DNA of 39,242 bases from an uncultured Methanosarcinales archaeon. GTDB taxonomy: Archaea > Nanobdellota > Nanobdellia > Woesearchaeales > JABMPP01. The translations under genes were made by a program, and so were the position numbers. Shown piece by piece: positions 28,084 through 38,268 of this stretch. How positions within the stretch are numbered: the stretch's first letter is position 1; each line of letters opens with the position of its first letter. The notes under the pieces were generated by a model. It was not told the DNA's origin, ran no database searches, and was given only the letters and a program-made list of their open reading frames with translations. The DNA lies in contig CAZSAD010000014.1 in the NCBI GenBank assembly GCA_964604995.1, positions 1-39,242 on the forward strand, written 5' to 3'.

Positions 28084-29067
28084 ATGGATAAAAATTTAGC
28101 ACTTGAATTTGTGAGGGTAACTGAAGAAGCAGCAATTGCAGCTGCAAGGTGGGTCGGAAAAGGAGATAAAGATTCTGCTGATTTGGCTGCTGTTAATTTA
28201 ATGAGAAAAAGATTTGATTCAATTGACATTGATGGAACTGTTGTTATTGGTGAAGGTGAAAGAGATGAAGCGCCAATGCTTTATATTGGTGAGAAAATTG
28301 GATCTGGTAAAGGGCCAAAATATGATATTGCAGTTGATCCATTAGAATGTACTAATAGTGTTGCTTATGGTAGGCCAAATGCAATATCTGTACTTGCTGC
28401 AGCGCCATCTGGAAGTCTTCTTGCAGCACCTGATTTATACATGAATAAAATTGCAGTTGGTCCAAAAGCAAAAGGCAAAGTAAATCTTGATGCAAGTGTT
28501 TCAGATAATATACATGCAGTTGCAAAAGCAGTTGGAAAATTAGTTGAAGATGTAACAGTTGTTGTTCTTGACAGAGAAAGGCACGAAAATCTTATTAAAG
28601 AAATTAGACACACAGGTGCAAGAGTATTTTTAATTACAGATGGTGATATTGCAGGAGGAATTGCACCGAGCCTTGATAACAATGAAGTTGATATGCTTTT
28701 AGGAATTGGGGCTGCTCCTGAAGGAGTAATTACAGCTGCAGGTCTAAAATGTCTTGGTGGAGAAATTCAAGGAAGACTAATTTTTAAAACAGAAGAAGAT
28801 AAAAAAAGAGCAAAAGAAATGGGAATAGAAGATTTTGATAAAAAATATTTTACTGATGATTTGGCAAAAGGTGATAATGTTATTTTTTGTGCAACTGGAA
28901 TTATAACTGGTCTTCTTTTAGAAGGAATACAATTTACAAGTACGGGCGCAATTACGCATACTTTAGTTATGCGTTCAAAGTCAAAAACAATTCGATTTAT
29001 TAAGGCAATACATCAAATAGATCATGCTGAGCATAAAAAAATTACACTAATCAAAAATAAAAAATAA
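28084..29067 (+). CDS. glpX: Class II fructose-1,6-bisphosphatase
   Basis: VRVTEEAA, VVIGEGERDEAPMLYIGE, DIAVDPLECT, DGDI and GAAPEGVITAA. Confidence 0.97.
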   Translation: MDKNLALEFVRVTEEAAIAAARWVGKGDKDSADLAAVNLMRKRFDSIDIDGTVVIGEGERDEAPMLYIGEKIGSGKGPKYDIAVDPLECTNSVAYGRPNAISVLAAAPSGSLLAAPDLYMNKIAVGPKAKGKVNLDASVSDNIHAVAKAVGKLVEDVTVVVLDRERHENLIKEIRHTGARVFLITDGDIAGGIAPSLDNNEVDMLLGIGAAPEGVITAAGLKCLGGEIQGRLIFKTEEDKKRAKEMGIEDFDKKYFTDDLAKGDNVIFCATGIITGLLLEGIQFTSTGAITHTLVMRSKSKTIRFIKAIHQIDHAEHKKITLIKNKK

Positions 29068-29137
29068 TAAAAACTATTAATAATTTGACTATTAAGAATT
29101 TGAATATTTTATGCACATATATTAATTAGGTGATAAC

Positions 29138-30097
29138 ATGGAAAGACCAACAATTGAAAAAAATGAAATTAATGTTCCATTAGATGTTTTACCCTCTATG
29201 AAAAAGGAATACATTGAAAATTATTACAATGCTACACATGGAACAGGAAGACTTATGCTTTTTGCAGGAGATCAGAAAATTGAGCATTTAAATGATGATT
29301 TTTACGGAATGGCAGATATTGGTCAAATTCCATTGGATGACTCGGATCCTGAACATTTGTTTAGAATTGCATCAAAAGGAACAATTGGAATTTTTGCAGC
29401 ACAACTTGGTTTAATTGCTAAATACGGACAAAATTATTCTGATATACAATACCTTGTAAAATTAAATTCAAAAAGTCATTTAGTAAAAACAGAACAAAAA
29501 GATCCCAACAGTAAAGCGTTATGGTCAGTTAGTCAAGTTGTTGATTTGAAAAAAAATTCAAATCTTAAAATTGTAGGCGTTGGATACACAATTTATTTAG
29601 GAAGTGAATTCGAATCTGATATGTTAAAAGAAGCAGCACAAATAATATACGAAGCGCATCAACATGGATTGCTATCAGTTATTTGGATGTACCCACGTGG
29701 AAAAGCACTAAAAGATGAAAAAGATGCACATTTAATTGCTGGTGCAACAGGTGTTGCTGCATGCATAGGCGCAGATTTTGTAAAAGTTAATCCTCCAAAA
29801 AAAGAAAAACAAGATTCAGCAACTCTTCTAAAAGAAGCAGTATTATCAGCAGGAAATGGAACAAAAGTTATATGCGCAGGTGGAAGCAGTACTGACCCAC
29901 AAAAATTCCTGGAAACTTTGTACAAGCAAATTCATGTTGGCGAAGTTAAAGGAAATGCAACAGGAAGGAATATTCATCAAAAGCCTCTTTTGGAAGCAAT
30001 CAGGCTTTGCAATGCAATTTCTTCAATAACTCTTGGGAATTATTCAGTTGAAGAAGCACTTAGTGTTTATGAAGGAAAAGAAGAATTTAAATTGTAA
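29138..30097 (+). CDS. Class I (DhnA/FbaB-type) fructose-bisphosphate aldolase
   Basis: AGDQKIEH, GYTIYLGSE, WMYPRG, GADFVKV (Schiff-base Lys), AGG and GRNIHQ; SD AGGTGA; follows glpX. Confidence 0.92.
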   Translation: MERPTIEKNEINVPLDVLPSMKKEYIENYYNATHGTGRLMLFAGDQKIEHLNDDFYGMADIGQIPLDDSDPEHLFRIASKGTIGIFAAQLGLIAKYGQNYSDIQYLVKLNSKSHLVKTEQKDPNSKALWSVSQVVDLKKNSNLKIVGVGYTIYLGSEFESDMLKEAAQIIYEAHQHGLLSVIWMYPRGKALKDEKDAHLIAGATGVAACIGADFVKVNPPKKEKQDSATLLKEAVLSAGNGTKVICAGGSSTDPQKFLETLYKQIHVGEVKGNATGRNIHQKPLLEAIRLCNAISSITLGNYSVEEALSVYEGKEEFKL

Positions 30098-30120
30098 AAA
30101 TGTGAATTATTTATTTTATA

Positions 30121-31419
30121 TTAATTTTTTATAATCTCTGCTTTTAAAACAAATTTAGATGCATCGACAATTTTAACTTGAATAATATCACCAAACTTTA
30201 ACTTTTTATTTTTCGACAATAAGATAATTGGTTTATATGCATAATTTCTTCCAATAAACTTACCGTCCTTTAATTTTTCATTAATAATCATTTTTCCTTG
30301 CCATCCAATCCATTTTTTGTTTTTTTCAAGTGATATTTCTCTAAATAAAGTTGTTAGTTTAGTTGACCTTTCTTTTTTACTATTTTCTAATATTTGATTT
30401 TGCATAGAATAAGCAAAAGTTCCTTCTCTTGGTACAAATCTTGCAATATTTATTACATCAAATTTAATTTCTTTTACAATTTCTAATGTTTTTTCAAAAT
30501 CTTCCTCACTTTCATTTGGAAAACCAACAATTATATCAGTACTAACTGTAATATCTGGAATTTCTTTTCTAAATTTTTGGACCATCATTTTAAAATCTTC
30601 TACTTTATAGCGCCTTGCCATTTTTTTTAGAACAGTATTGCTTCCAGCTTGAATTGGTACATGTATAAATTTGTAAACCTTCTCGCTTTTATATGCTTCA
30701 ATGAGTTCATCAAGAATAGGCATTATTCCAATCGGGTTCATCATTCCAACTCTTATCCAAAAATCACCTTCTAATTCTGTAATCTTATTGATAAGTCGTG
30801 GCAAATGGCATTTTTTATCCCAATCAAATCCATAATCACTATTGTCTTGACTCGTTAGATAAATTTCTTTACAACCTTCATTTACACTTTGTTTTATTTC
30901 CAAAATAATTTTTTCTAGCGGATATGAAAATATGTTTCCTTTGATTAACTTAGTAGAACAATAAGTGCAAGCAGATGTGCATCCTTGTGAAATTGGAATT
31001 ATACTAATAACATCATTGTTTCTAATTCTTGGAAGCATAACTTTAATTTCTTTTTTTCTATCTATTAATCTAATTGGAACATCTGAATTTACAACGTCAA
31101 TTATTTTTGTTATATTATCAGTATTAATTATGGAAGCATTAGGGATTATTTGTTCAATTTTCAAAATCATCTCTTTTGTAACACATCCACCCACTATAAT
31201 TTTGCCTTTGGGATTTGCATCATGGAGCTGTTTTATTTCTTTTAGAACTTTTTTATCTCCTTTCACAGTACAAACATTAATTAGCATTACATCAGTTTGT
31301 TTCGAGTCTTTTTTATCAACTGAAATATTATTTCCTGATTTATGCAAAAGACCAGCCATTATTTCAGACTCAGCTTGATTTGCTGAGCAGCCAAATGTTT
31401 TGATGTAAATAGATTTCAT
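30121..31419 (-). CDS. mtaB: tRNA t6A37 methylthiotransferase (archaeal MtaB/CDKAL1-like, MiaB family)
   Basis: UPF0004 cysteines (GCSAN, CTVK, GGC), radical SAM CTSACTYC, RVGMMNP, TDIIVGFP and C-terminal TRAM. Confidence 0.9.
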   Translation of the reverse strand: MKSIYIKTFGCSANQAESEIMAGLLHKSGNNISVDKKDSKQTDVMLINVCTVKGDKKVLKEIKQLHDANPKGKIIVGGCVTKEMILKIEQIIPNASIINTDNITKIIDVVNSDVPIRLIDRKKEIKVMLPRIRNNDVISIIPISQGCTSACTYCSTKLIKGNIFSYPLEKIILEIKQSVNEGCKEIYLTSQDNSDYGFDWDKKCHLPRLINKITELEGDFWIRVGMMNPIGIMPILDELIEAYKSEKVYKFIHVPIQAGSNTVLKKMARRYKVEDFKMMVQKFRKEIPDITVSTDIIVGFPNESEEDFEKTLEIVKEIKFDVINIARFVPREGTFAYSMQNQILENSKKERSTKLTTLFREISLEKNKKWIGWQGKMIINEKLKDGKFIGRNYAYKPIILLSKNKKLKFGDIIQVKIVDASKFVLKAEIIKN

Positions 31420-31610
31420 ATTTACTGGGTTAATTTTATTTGTTTAAAAATCTTCATAAAATTATTTTATCATTAATCATTTTACCATTAATCAATTAAT
31501 TAATCAATTATTTATCAATCGATTATTTCATCATTAAAATCTCTTTTACAAAAAATCACAAAAAAGTTTATATAGGGCAAAAGTCTTTTTTTAAATTAAA
31601 GAGGTGGAGA

Positions 31611-33341
31611 ATGGAACAGATATTCCTAGAATTAGGTATTGCTATAATTGCAGCAACAATATTAGCTATTCTACTCTACCAAATAAAACAACCAACAATT
31701 ATTAGCTATCTTTTAGCTGGTATTATAGTTGGTCCATCAGTATTTAATCTTGTAAATCAATCAAGTGCATTTGAAGCTTTTGCTGAAATAGGTATTGCAT
31801 TTCTTCTTTTTATTGTTGGGTTAAATCTGGATTTTAATACATTAAAAGAAGTAGGGGAAGCATCTCTTATTGTTGGTTTTAGTCAGGTAATATTAATAAC
31901 ATTACTTGGTTTTCTAATTGGTTATTTTGCATTGGGTTTTTCTGTTTTAGCATCTGTTTACATTGGTATAATAATTGCATTTAGCAGTACTATTATCATT
32001 GTAAAATTATTGTCTGATAAAAAAGACATTGAAACTTTGTATGGAAAATTATCTATCGGACTTTTGCTTGTGCAAGACATAATTGCAATTTTTGTTTTGA
32101 TGTTAATTTCAGCAACAAGAAATGAAACGGAACTTGCTCCGCTTATTCTTGGAACAGTTTCTAAACTTATAGGGGTCATGATAGGATTATATTTAATAAC
32201 ACAATATGTTTTACCAAAATTAATTGATCACATTGCAAAATCACAAGAGCTTCTATTTTTATTTAGTATAAGTTGGGCATTCTTTCTTGCTTTTTTGATG
32301 TCAGTTACTGGTTTTTCAATTGAAATTGGAGCATTGTTTGCAGGAATAATGTTAGCTTCTAGTGGTTATCATTTTGAAATAAGTAGTAAAATTAGAAGTT
32401 TAAGGGATTTTTTTATTGCTCTTTTTTTTATATCTTTAGGCTCAAGACTTGCTTTTACAACTTTTTCCAGTGCTCTTTTTCCAGCAATTTTGCTTTCAAT
32501 TACAATTTTAATAGCAAAGCCTTTACTGGTAATGGTGTTTTTGGGAATGATAGGATATAAAAAAAGAACTGGTTTTTTAGTTGGCAGTGCAATGGGTCAA
32601 TTGAGTGAATTTTCACTCATTTTAGTATTGCTTGGTGTTAGTTTTGGTCATGTTCCAGATATACTTCTTTCAATAATGACACTTACAGCAATAATTACAA
32701 TCTCCTTTTCTACATATCTTATTAATTATAATAACCAAATTTATTCTACTTTTTCACAATATCTTAATTTATTTGAAAAACAATTTCCAGTAAGAGAAGA
32801 AAAATACAAATTTAATGATAAATCTTCAACTTATGAAATTGTTTTATTTGGATACAATCGCATTGGGTATAGTCTTCTTAAGACCTTTAACAAACTTAAG
32901 AAAAAGATACTTGTTGTTGATTTTAATCCGGACATAACCAAAAAATTAGCAAAACAAAATGTCGAAAGTATTTATGGTGATGCATCAGATACTGAACTTT
33001 TGGAAGAACTTAATTTAGATAGGGCTTCTATGGTAATTTCAACTATTCCAGATTTAATGACTAATCTTACAATAATAGAAAAAGCAAGACAAATAAATAA
33101 AAAATGTATTATTATTATGACTGCACATCAAATTGATGATGGCATTAGTTTATATGACAAAGGTGCAGATTATGTTATTATGCCACATTTCCTTGGCGGA
33201 GAGCACATTTCAACGATAATTGAAGAATTTGGTTTAGATATGGGTAAATTTGTTGAACAAAAACTAAGACATATTACTGATTTAAAATTAAGAAAAGAAG
33301 CTGGTCATGATCATCCTACAAGAGAAAGTCATGGTAAATAA
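31611..33341 (+). CDS. CPA2 cation:proton antiporter with TrkA-N/RCK domain (KefB/KefC-like)
   Basis: FSSTIIIVK, LLVQD, LRDFFIALFF, QLSEFS, then LFGYNRIG...YGDA; SD GAGGTG. Confidence 0.93.
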   Translation: MEQIFLELGIAIIAATILAILLYQIKQPTIISYLLAGIIVGPSVFNLVNQSSAFEAFAEIGIAFLLFIVGLNLDFNTLKEVGEASLIVGFSQVILITLLGFLIGYFALGFSVLASVYIGIIIAFSSTIIIVKLLSDKKDIETLYGKLSIGLLLVQDIIAIFVLMLISATRNETELAPLILGTVSKLIGVMIGLYLITQYVLPKLIDHIAKSQELLFLFSISWAFFLAFLMSVTGFSIEIGALFAGIMLASSGYHFEISSKIRSLRDFFIALFFISLGSRLAFTTFSSALFPAILLSITILIAKPLLVMVFLGMIGYKKRTGFLVGSAMGQLSEFSLILVLLGVSFGHVPDILLSIMTLTAIITISFSTYLINYNNQIYSTFSQYLNLFEKQFPVREEKYKFNDKSSTYEIVLFGYNRIGYSLLKTFNKLKKKILVVDFNPDITKKLAKQNVESIYGDASDTELLEELNLDRASMVISTIPDLMTNLTIIEKARQINKKCIIIMTAHQIDDGISLYDKGADYVIMPHFLGGEHISTIIEEFGLDMGKFVEQKLRHITDLKLRKEAGHDHPTRESHGK

Positions 33342-33463
33342 AATGAGTTATTTATTCTACAATCAATCACTAATTTAGTTACTAGCATGAATTGTTGCTA
33401 GTTAACAATAATTGAAGAGAATAATCGACAAGATTTAAATTAGCATACAAGTTCTTTATTTTT

Positions 33464-35641
33464 ATGTGTGGAATTGTAGGCTTTTTTAATGTAAATAATG
33501 CATCTAATAAGGTGTATTTGGCGCTTGAATTAATTAAGCAAAGAGGAGTTGAAGCATATGGGATTGCAACAAAAGATTCTTGCAATATAACTAAAACTTT
33601 AAGTGATTTGTCAAATAATTTTAATAATTCGAATGATATAATAACTGATTCTTCAATTGATTTTTCAACAGATTCTTGTGCTTTTGGACATTGTTTACAT
33701 TCAGTTGTATCATTTGTTCCTCAACCATTAATTGGCAAAGGGAAATTAATTGCAAATTGTGAGATTTATAATTGGGAGGAGCTAAATTTAAAATATTCTT
33801 TAGATGCTAAAAATGATGCAGAAGTTCTTTTGAAACTTTTAGATAAATTCGGAATTGATAAAACTTTAAGTTTAATAGACGGAGTTTATGCTTTTTCTTA
33901 TTGGTTAGAAAACAAAGTATATTTAATAAGGGATATTTTAGGAATCAAACCTCTTTGGTTTTACTATGCTGACGGACTTTGCTTTGCTTCAGAAAAAAAA
34001 GCATTGGAAAAATTAGATTTTATAGCACCAGAAGAATTGAATCCAAGAAAAATATTGATTTACAATATAAAAGAAAATAAAATCAGTTTTCAAAACAGAG
34101 ATTTTTTTGAATTAAATCCATTGACTACAAAAAATGAAACTGAAATAATCCAAAAAATAAAAGGGTTTTTAATTAATGCAATAACTAAAAGAATTCCCGA
34201 CAAAAAATTTGGTCTTTTATTTTCTGGAGGAGTTGACTCTTCAACAATAGCTTTGATATTAAAGCAGTTAGATTTAGATTTTACTTGTTATGTTGCAGTT
34301 TTGGATGAACCTAATTTAAAGCAGGCTGAAGATTTAGAATGGGCACAAAAAGCAGCACTGGAAATGGATTTAAAATTAAAAATTAGAAAAGTTAGATTAA
34401 GTGAAATTGAAAATTATCTTAAAATTATTGTTCCATTAATTGAAGATAGCAATGTGACTAAAGTTGGAGTTGCATTGACTTTTTTTGTAGCATGTGAAAT
34501 GGCCAAAGAAGATGAGATAAAAGTAATATTTTCTGGTCTTGGCAGTGAAGAAATATTTGCTGGATATGACAGACATAAAAAAAGCTCAGATATCAATAAG
34601 GAATGCTATTCTGGACTTCTTAAAATTTATGAAAGGGATACTTATAGGGATGATGTTATTACAATGGCAAATAATTTAGAATTAAGGCTTCCTTTTTTGG
34701 ATAAAGCTTTAGTTGATTTTGCACTTAAAATTCCTGCTGATTTGAAAATAAATGAAGATAACAATAAATTAGTACTTCGAAAATTAGCATTGGAAATGGG
34801 TTTATCACAAGAGATTGCTTCCAGAAAGAAACGTGCTGCTCAGTATGGTAGCAGATTTGATTCTGCTTTAGAAAAATTAGCTAGAAAAAATAATATCAAA
34901 ACTAAATCTGAATATTTAAAAAAATTTTATCCATCTAAAAATGTGAGACTTGCTGTTTTGTTTTCTTCTGGAAAAGACAGTACTTATGCATTGTATACAA
35001 TGTTAAAACAAAATTATGAAATCACATGCCTTGTTACTCTTAAAAGTAAAAATCAAGATTCATTTATGTTTCATACACCAAACATAAACATTGCAAAACT
35101 TCAAGCTGAGTGCATGGGATATCCTATATTGGAATTTGAGACGCAAGGTGAAAAAGAAGAGGAATTAAATGATTTGAAATTAGCTTTAGAAGAAGCAAAA
35201 ATAAAATATAAAATTGAAGGAGTTGTAACTGGAGCTTTATATTCAAATTATCAAAGGGAAAGAATAGAAAAAGTTGCAGATTCACTAAGTCTTAAAATAT
35301 TCTCTCCACTTTGGCACATGAATCAAGAAATGGAGTTTCGAAATATAATCGATTCAGGATTTAAAGTTTTACTTAGTAGTATTGCAGCATATGGTTTAGA
35401 TAAAACCTGGTTAGGAAAACAAATCACACACCAAGATATTAGTAAATTAGTTGAATTAAACAGGAGATTTGGTGTAAATGTTGCAGGTGAAGGCGGAGAA
35501 TTTGAAAGTTTAGTTATTGATGGACCAGATTTTCTTTTTAAGAAAAGAATTGTTATTGAAGAAGCAGAAATTATATCTGACAATGAAAATACTGCAAAGT
35601 GGATTATAAAAAAAGCAAGAGTTGAAGATAAAACATTATGA
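33464..35641 (+). CDS. Fusion of glutamine-hydrolysing asparagine synthase (AsnB-like) and diphthine-ammonia ligase (Dph6/DUF71)
   Basis: MCGIVG Ntn start, RDILGIKPL, FSGGVDSS, GSEEIFAGY, ELRLPFLD; then LFSSGKDS, SFMFH, GALYSNYQ, PLWH and AGEGGEFESLVIDGP, all in one frame. Confidence 0.92.
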   Translation: MCGIVGFFNVNNASNKVYLALELIKQRGVEAYGIATKDSCNITKTLSDLSNNFNNSNDIITDSSIDFSTDSCAFGHCLHSVVSFVPQPLIGKGKLIANCEIYNWEELNLKYSLDAKNDAEVLLKLLDKFGIDKTLSLIDGVYAFSYWLENKVYLIRDILGIKPLWFYYADGLCFASEKKALEKLDFIAPEELNPRKILIYNIKENKISFQNRDFFELNPLTTKNETEIIQKIKGFLINAITKRIPDKKFGLLFSGGVDSSTIALILKQLDLDFTCYVAVLDEPNLKQAEDLEWAQKAALEMDLKLKIRKVRLSEIENYLKIIVPLIEDSNVTKVGVALTFFVACEMAKEDEIKVIFSGLGSEEIFAGYDRHKKSSDINKECYSGLLKIYERDTYRDDVITMANNLELRLPFLDKALVDFALKIPADLKINEDNNKLVLRKLALEMGLSQEIASRKKRAAQYGSRFDSALEKLARKNNIKTKSEYLKKFYPSKNVRLAVLFSSGKDSTYALYTMLKQNYEITCLVTLKSKNQDSFMFHTPNINIAKLQAECMGYPILEFETQGEKEEELNDLKLALEEAKIKYKIEGVVTGALYSNYQRERIEKVADSLSLKIFSPLWHMNQEMEFRNIIDSGFKVLLSSIAAYGLDKTWLGKQITHQDISKLVELNRRFGVNVAGEGGEFESLVIDGPDFLFKKRIVIEEAEIISDNENTAKWIIKKARVEDKTL

Positions 35642-35654
35642 TATCAATTAGAAA

Positions 35655-37124
35655 TTAAATATTAACAACTTTTTTTTCTTTTCTTAAAACTTTTTTCCCA
35701 AGTTCAATTAATTCTTTGCTTTTCTTTTCATTTAAAGAATCTGCAATTATTCTAACAACACTGGATTCTGTTTTGCTTTGTCTAAACCAAAGCCAGCTAG
35801 AAGAGTCAAAGTGAACTTTTATTCCCCCCGTACTATCACCAGTTTCTGTTATTTTATGTCCTTTAAAATGTACTTTTACTATTTTTTTAATATTTAATTT
35901 GTTTTTCAAATTATTAATTTTAACTTTTGTTGCTATTGTAAAATATCTGGGTAGTTTTGTAATAACATCTGTTAAATTAAGATTTTCTTTTGGATTTGCA
36001 AGTTTTTCATCTGAAAGAATATCTAAAAAATATATTGTAGTTAATATTCCATCTCTGCATTTCGAAGGAGGAATAATTGCACCAGCTGATGAGCCTTCAC
36101 CACCTAAGATTGCTTTGTATTTTTTCATTCCAAAAACAACATTAGCTTCCCCAACTTCAGTATAATACAATTTTCCATTATAACTTTTTACAACATCTTC
36201 AACAACTTTACTTGTTGCATCATTAACAACTACAATTCTTTTATCTTTTTGAGTCTTTGGTAAAATATTATCTGCAATAATTGCAATTTGATAGTGTCCA
36301 GATAATACAGTTCCATAAATTTTCCCAAATGGTAATACAAATTCTGCTCTATCAGCATCACAATCAAAACCAACTCCAAATGAGGCATTTTCTTCTTCAA
36401 CAATTTTTGCCATATAAAATAATGATTCTTCGTTTGGTTCAATTTGTCTTCTAAAATCACCTGGACTAGTTACAATCAAATTAGATTTAACTCCAAAATC
36501 ATTTAGTACTTTTCCAACAATTTCCCAGGCGGCTCCTCCATTATGATCAACAATTATTTTCAAATTTGCTTTTTTTATTTTTTCCAACTTATCTTTCCCT
36601 ATTAATTTAATAATAAATCCCCTATATTTATCTTGTAAATCTAAATTTTTATTTTCAATTTTACAAACTAAGTTTTTTGTTGTTTTCTTTTTTTTAGTTG
36701 GATTTTCATTTTTTTTTGCATTTTTTAATAATTCTTGGATTTGTTTTAATTTTTCTTCTTTGATAACTGACCCATCTTTGTCAAGTAGTTTCCATCCATT
36801 AAATTTTGGTTCATTGTGTGAAGCTGTAATAATTATTCCACCATCAGCTTTGTATTCTCTAACAGCAAGTTCAATCATTGGAGTTGTTGCAATGTTTACA
36901 TCTATTATACAATCACAAAAATTTGAAGAAGTATCAATCATTGATTGTTTGAGTTTTGGTCCAGATTTTCTTGTATCCATCCCAATTACAATTTTTGGTT
37001 TTCTTCGAAGAATTTTTGTTAACCATAAAGAGTAGGCAGCTGCATATTTTGATGCAAATTCTTCAGTTATGGACTTGCCAAAAATTCCCCTTATACCTGA
37101 TACTGATTCAACTAAATCTTCCAT
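35655..37124 (-). CDS. Phosphohexomutase (phosphoglucosamine/phosphomannomutase family)
   Basis: SVSGIRG, DTRKSG, TASHN, DCDADR, VGEANV and RQSKTESSVVRI. Confidence 0.9.
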   Translation of the reverse strand: MEDLVESVSGIRGIFGKSITEEFASKYAAAYSLWLTKILRRKPKIVIGMDTRKSGPKLKQSMIDTSSNFCDCIIDVNIATTPMIELAVREYKADGGIIITASHNEPKFNGWKLLDKDGSVIKEEKLKQIQELLKNAKKNENPTKKKKTTKNLVCKIENKNLDLQDKYRGFIIKLIGKDKLEKIKKANLKIIVDHNGGAAWEIVGKVLNDFGVKSNLIVTSPGDFRRQIEPNEESLFYMAKIVEEENASFGVGFDCDADRAEFVLPFGKIYGTVLSGHYQIAIIADNILPKTQKDKRIVVVNDATSKVVEDVVKSYNGKLYYTEVGEANVVFGMKKYKAILGGEGSSAGAIIPPSKCRDGILTTIYFLDILSDEKLANPKENLNLTDVITKLPRYFTIATKVKINNLKNKLNIKKIVKVHFKGHKITETGDSTGGIKVHFDSSSWLWFRQSKTESSVVRIIADSLNEKKSKELIELGKKVLRKEKKVVNI

Positions 37125-37305
37125 AATCAATCATTTGAGCTTTGCTCTTATATTTTTTACTGTTTTTACTAAGTTTTTATCGCTTTCATTACTTTTATCT
37201 CTTATAAAATAATATTCTAAGCTTTTATAAATAAATAACAAAGCTTTTTATAGTCGAAATAGAAAAATTAATTATCAAAGTTTAATAATCTGTAGAGGTG
37301 ATCTC

Positions 37306-37626
37306 ATGGCCCCGGAAGATTCTGTAGTGTTAGGTGGGAATATTGAATTGGTTGGTTTTAAAGACATTGATGGCGCAACTATGATTGTTCTTAAAAAAGT
37401 AGTTGGAAGCTATGCCAGAAAATTTTCTGAAATGTGCAAAAATTTTCAAAAATTAACTGTCACTATGAAAAAAGTGCATGAAAGGGAAAAATCAGAAAAA
37501 TATGAGATACATTCTAAAGTTTTAGATAATGGAAAAGTCTTTGTATCGGAAATAACTGATTTTAACATGTTTTTTGCACTTGATAGTTCACTTAAGAAAA
37601 TTGAGCATGAAATACACCATCCATAA
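37306..37626 (+). CDS. Small protein with probable HPF/RaiA-like fold
   Basis: Beta-alpha-beta-beta-beta-alpha pattern ending FVSEITDFNMFFALDSSLKKIEHEI; strong SD GAGGTGA. Confidence 0.6.
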   Translation: MAPEDSVVLGGNIELVGFKDIDGATMIVLKKVVGSYARKFSEMCKNFQKLTVTMKKVHEREKSEKYEIHSKVLDNGKVFVSEITDFNMFFALDSSLKKIEHEIHHP

Positions 37627-37643
37627 GGATGGTTTTTTATTTA
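37616..37643 (+). terminator. Hairpin plus U-tract terminator overlapping the stop codon
   Basis: ACCATCC-ATAA-GGATGGT followed by TTTTTATTT. Confidence 0.65.
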
Positions 37644-37648
37644 ATAAA

Positions 37649-37885
37649 ATGGATATAAAATTAGAAGGCAATTTCCTAAAAGTTATTGTTAAACCTAATA
37701 GTTTAAAAAATGAAGTATTAGGATTTGATTCTAATAAACATGCATATAAAATAGCAATTGCACAAGTTGCAGATAAAGGCAAAGCAAATAGTGAACTTTT
37801 AAAATTTCTTTATAAAACAACAAAAACAAGATTTGAAATTAAATCTGGCAAAACTTCTAAAGAAAAGTTATTAAAAATACTTTAA
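37649..37885 (+). CDS. DUF167 (YggU/UPF0235) protein
   Basis: KVIVKPNS...ADKGKANSELLKFL...IKSGKTSKEK; start moved to ATG 37649. Confidence 0.88.
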   Translation: MDIKLEGNFLKVIVKPNSLKNEVLGFDSNKHAYKIAIAQVADKGKANSELLKFLYKTTKTRFEIKSGKTSKEKLLKIL

Positions 37886-37911
37886 AAATAATTCAAATTT
37901 GAGATTGTCAA

Positions 37912-38163
37912 TTACTTTCTTTTAATAATTATTTTTCCTTTTGTTTTTAGAATTCTTGGCTTTTTTATTGCATGCCATTTAAGCATAGCTTTAAACTCAA
38001 CATAAGATGAAATAACCCACGAAACAAATCTTTGTACAATTTCCCATGCAAAAACAAAAAATTTAGGTACTGTTGCAGTTAATAAATCATAAATACCTGC
38101 TATAATCATACCTAACCATTTAACTAAAAATGCAGCAATTTGTCCAAATATTTCAAATACCAT
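37912..38163 (-). CDS. Small hypothetical membrane-associated protein
   Basis: 83 aa, amphipathic/hydrophobic N-terminal two-thirds, Lys-rich tail; TATA about 25 nt upstream. Confidence 0.55.
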   Translation of the reverse strand: MVFEIFGQIAAFLVKWLGMIIAGIYDLLTATVPKFFVFAWEIVQRFVSWVISSYVEFKAMLKWHAIKKPRILKTKGKIIIKRK

Positions 38164-38268
38164 ACACTTAAGAGTTATTTGAAATTATATAAATCTATTC
38201 CCTAACTGTTTGGGTCTAATCTATTTCACAAAGAAACTTTTTTATATTAGAAAAAGTGCAGATACTTA

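Noticed and set aside
31455..31540. AT-rich micro-repeats (ATTAATCA-type; similar ATATTTAGCAATA repeats at about 26980-27006)
   Set aside because: Consistent with slippage in AT-rich spacers; no distinctive structure.
841..37782. Other short ORFs overlapping assigned genes (e.g. 841-1032, 5443-5685, 7322-7862, 8186-8926, 16082-16387, 23563-24970, 28365-28682, 30965-31378, 35899-37035)
   Set aside because: They overlap well-supported genes on the opposite strand or in another frame, with no motifs or initiation signals.
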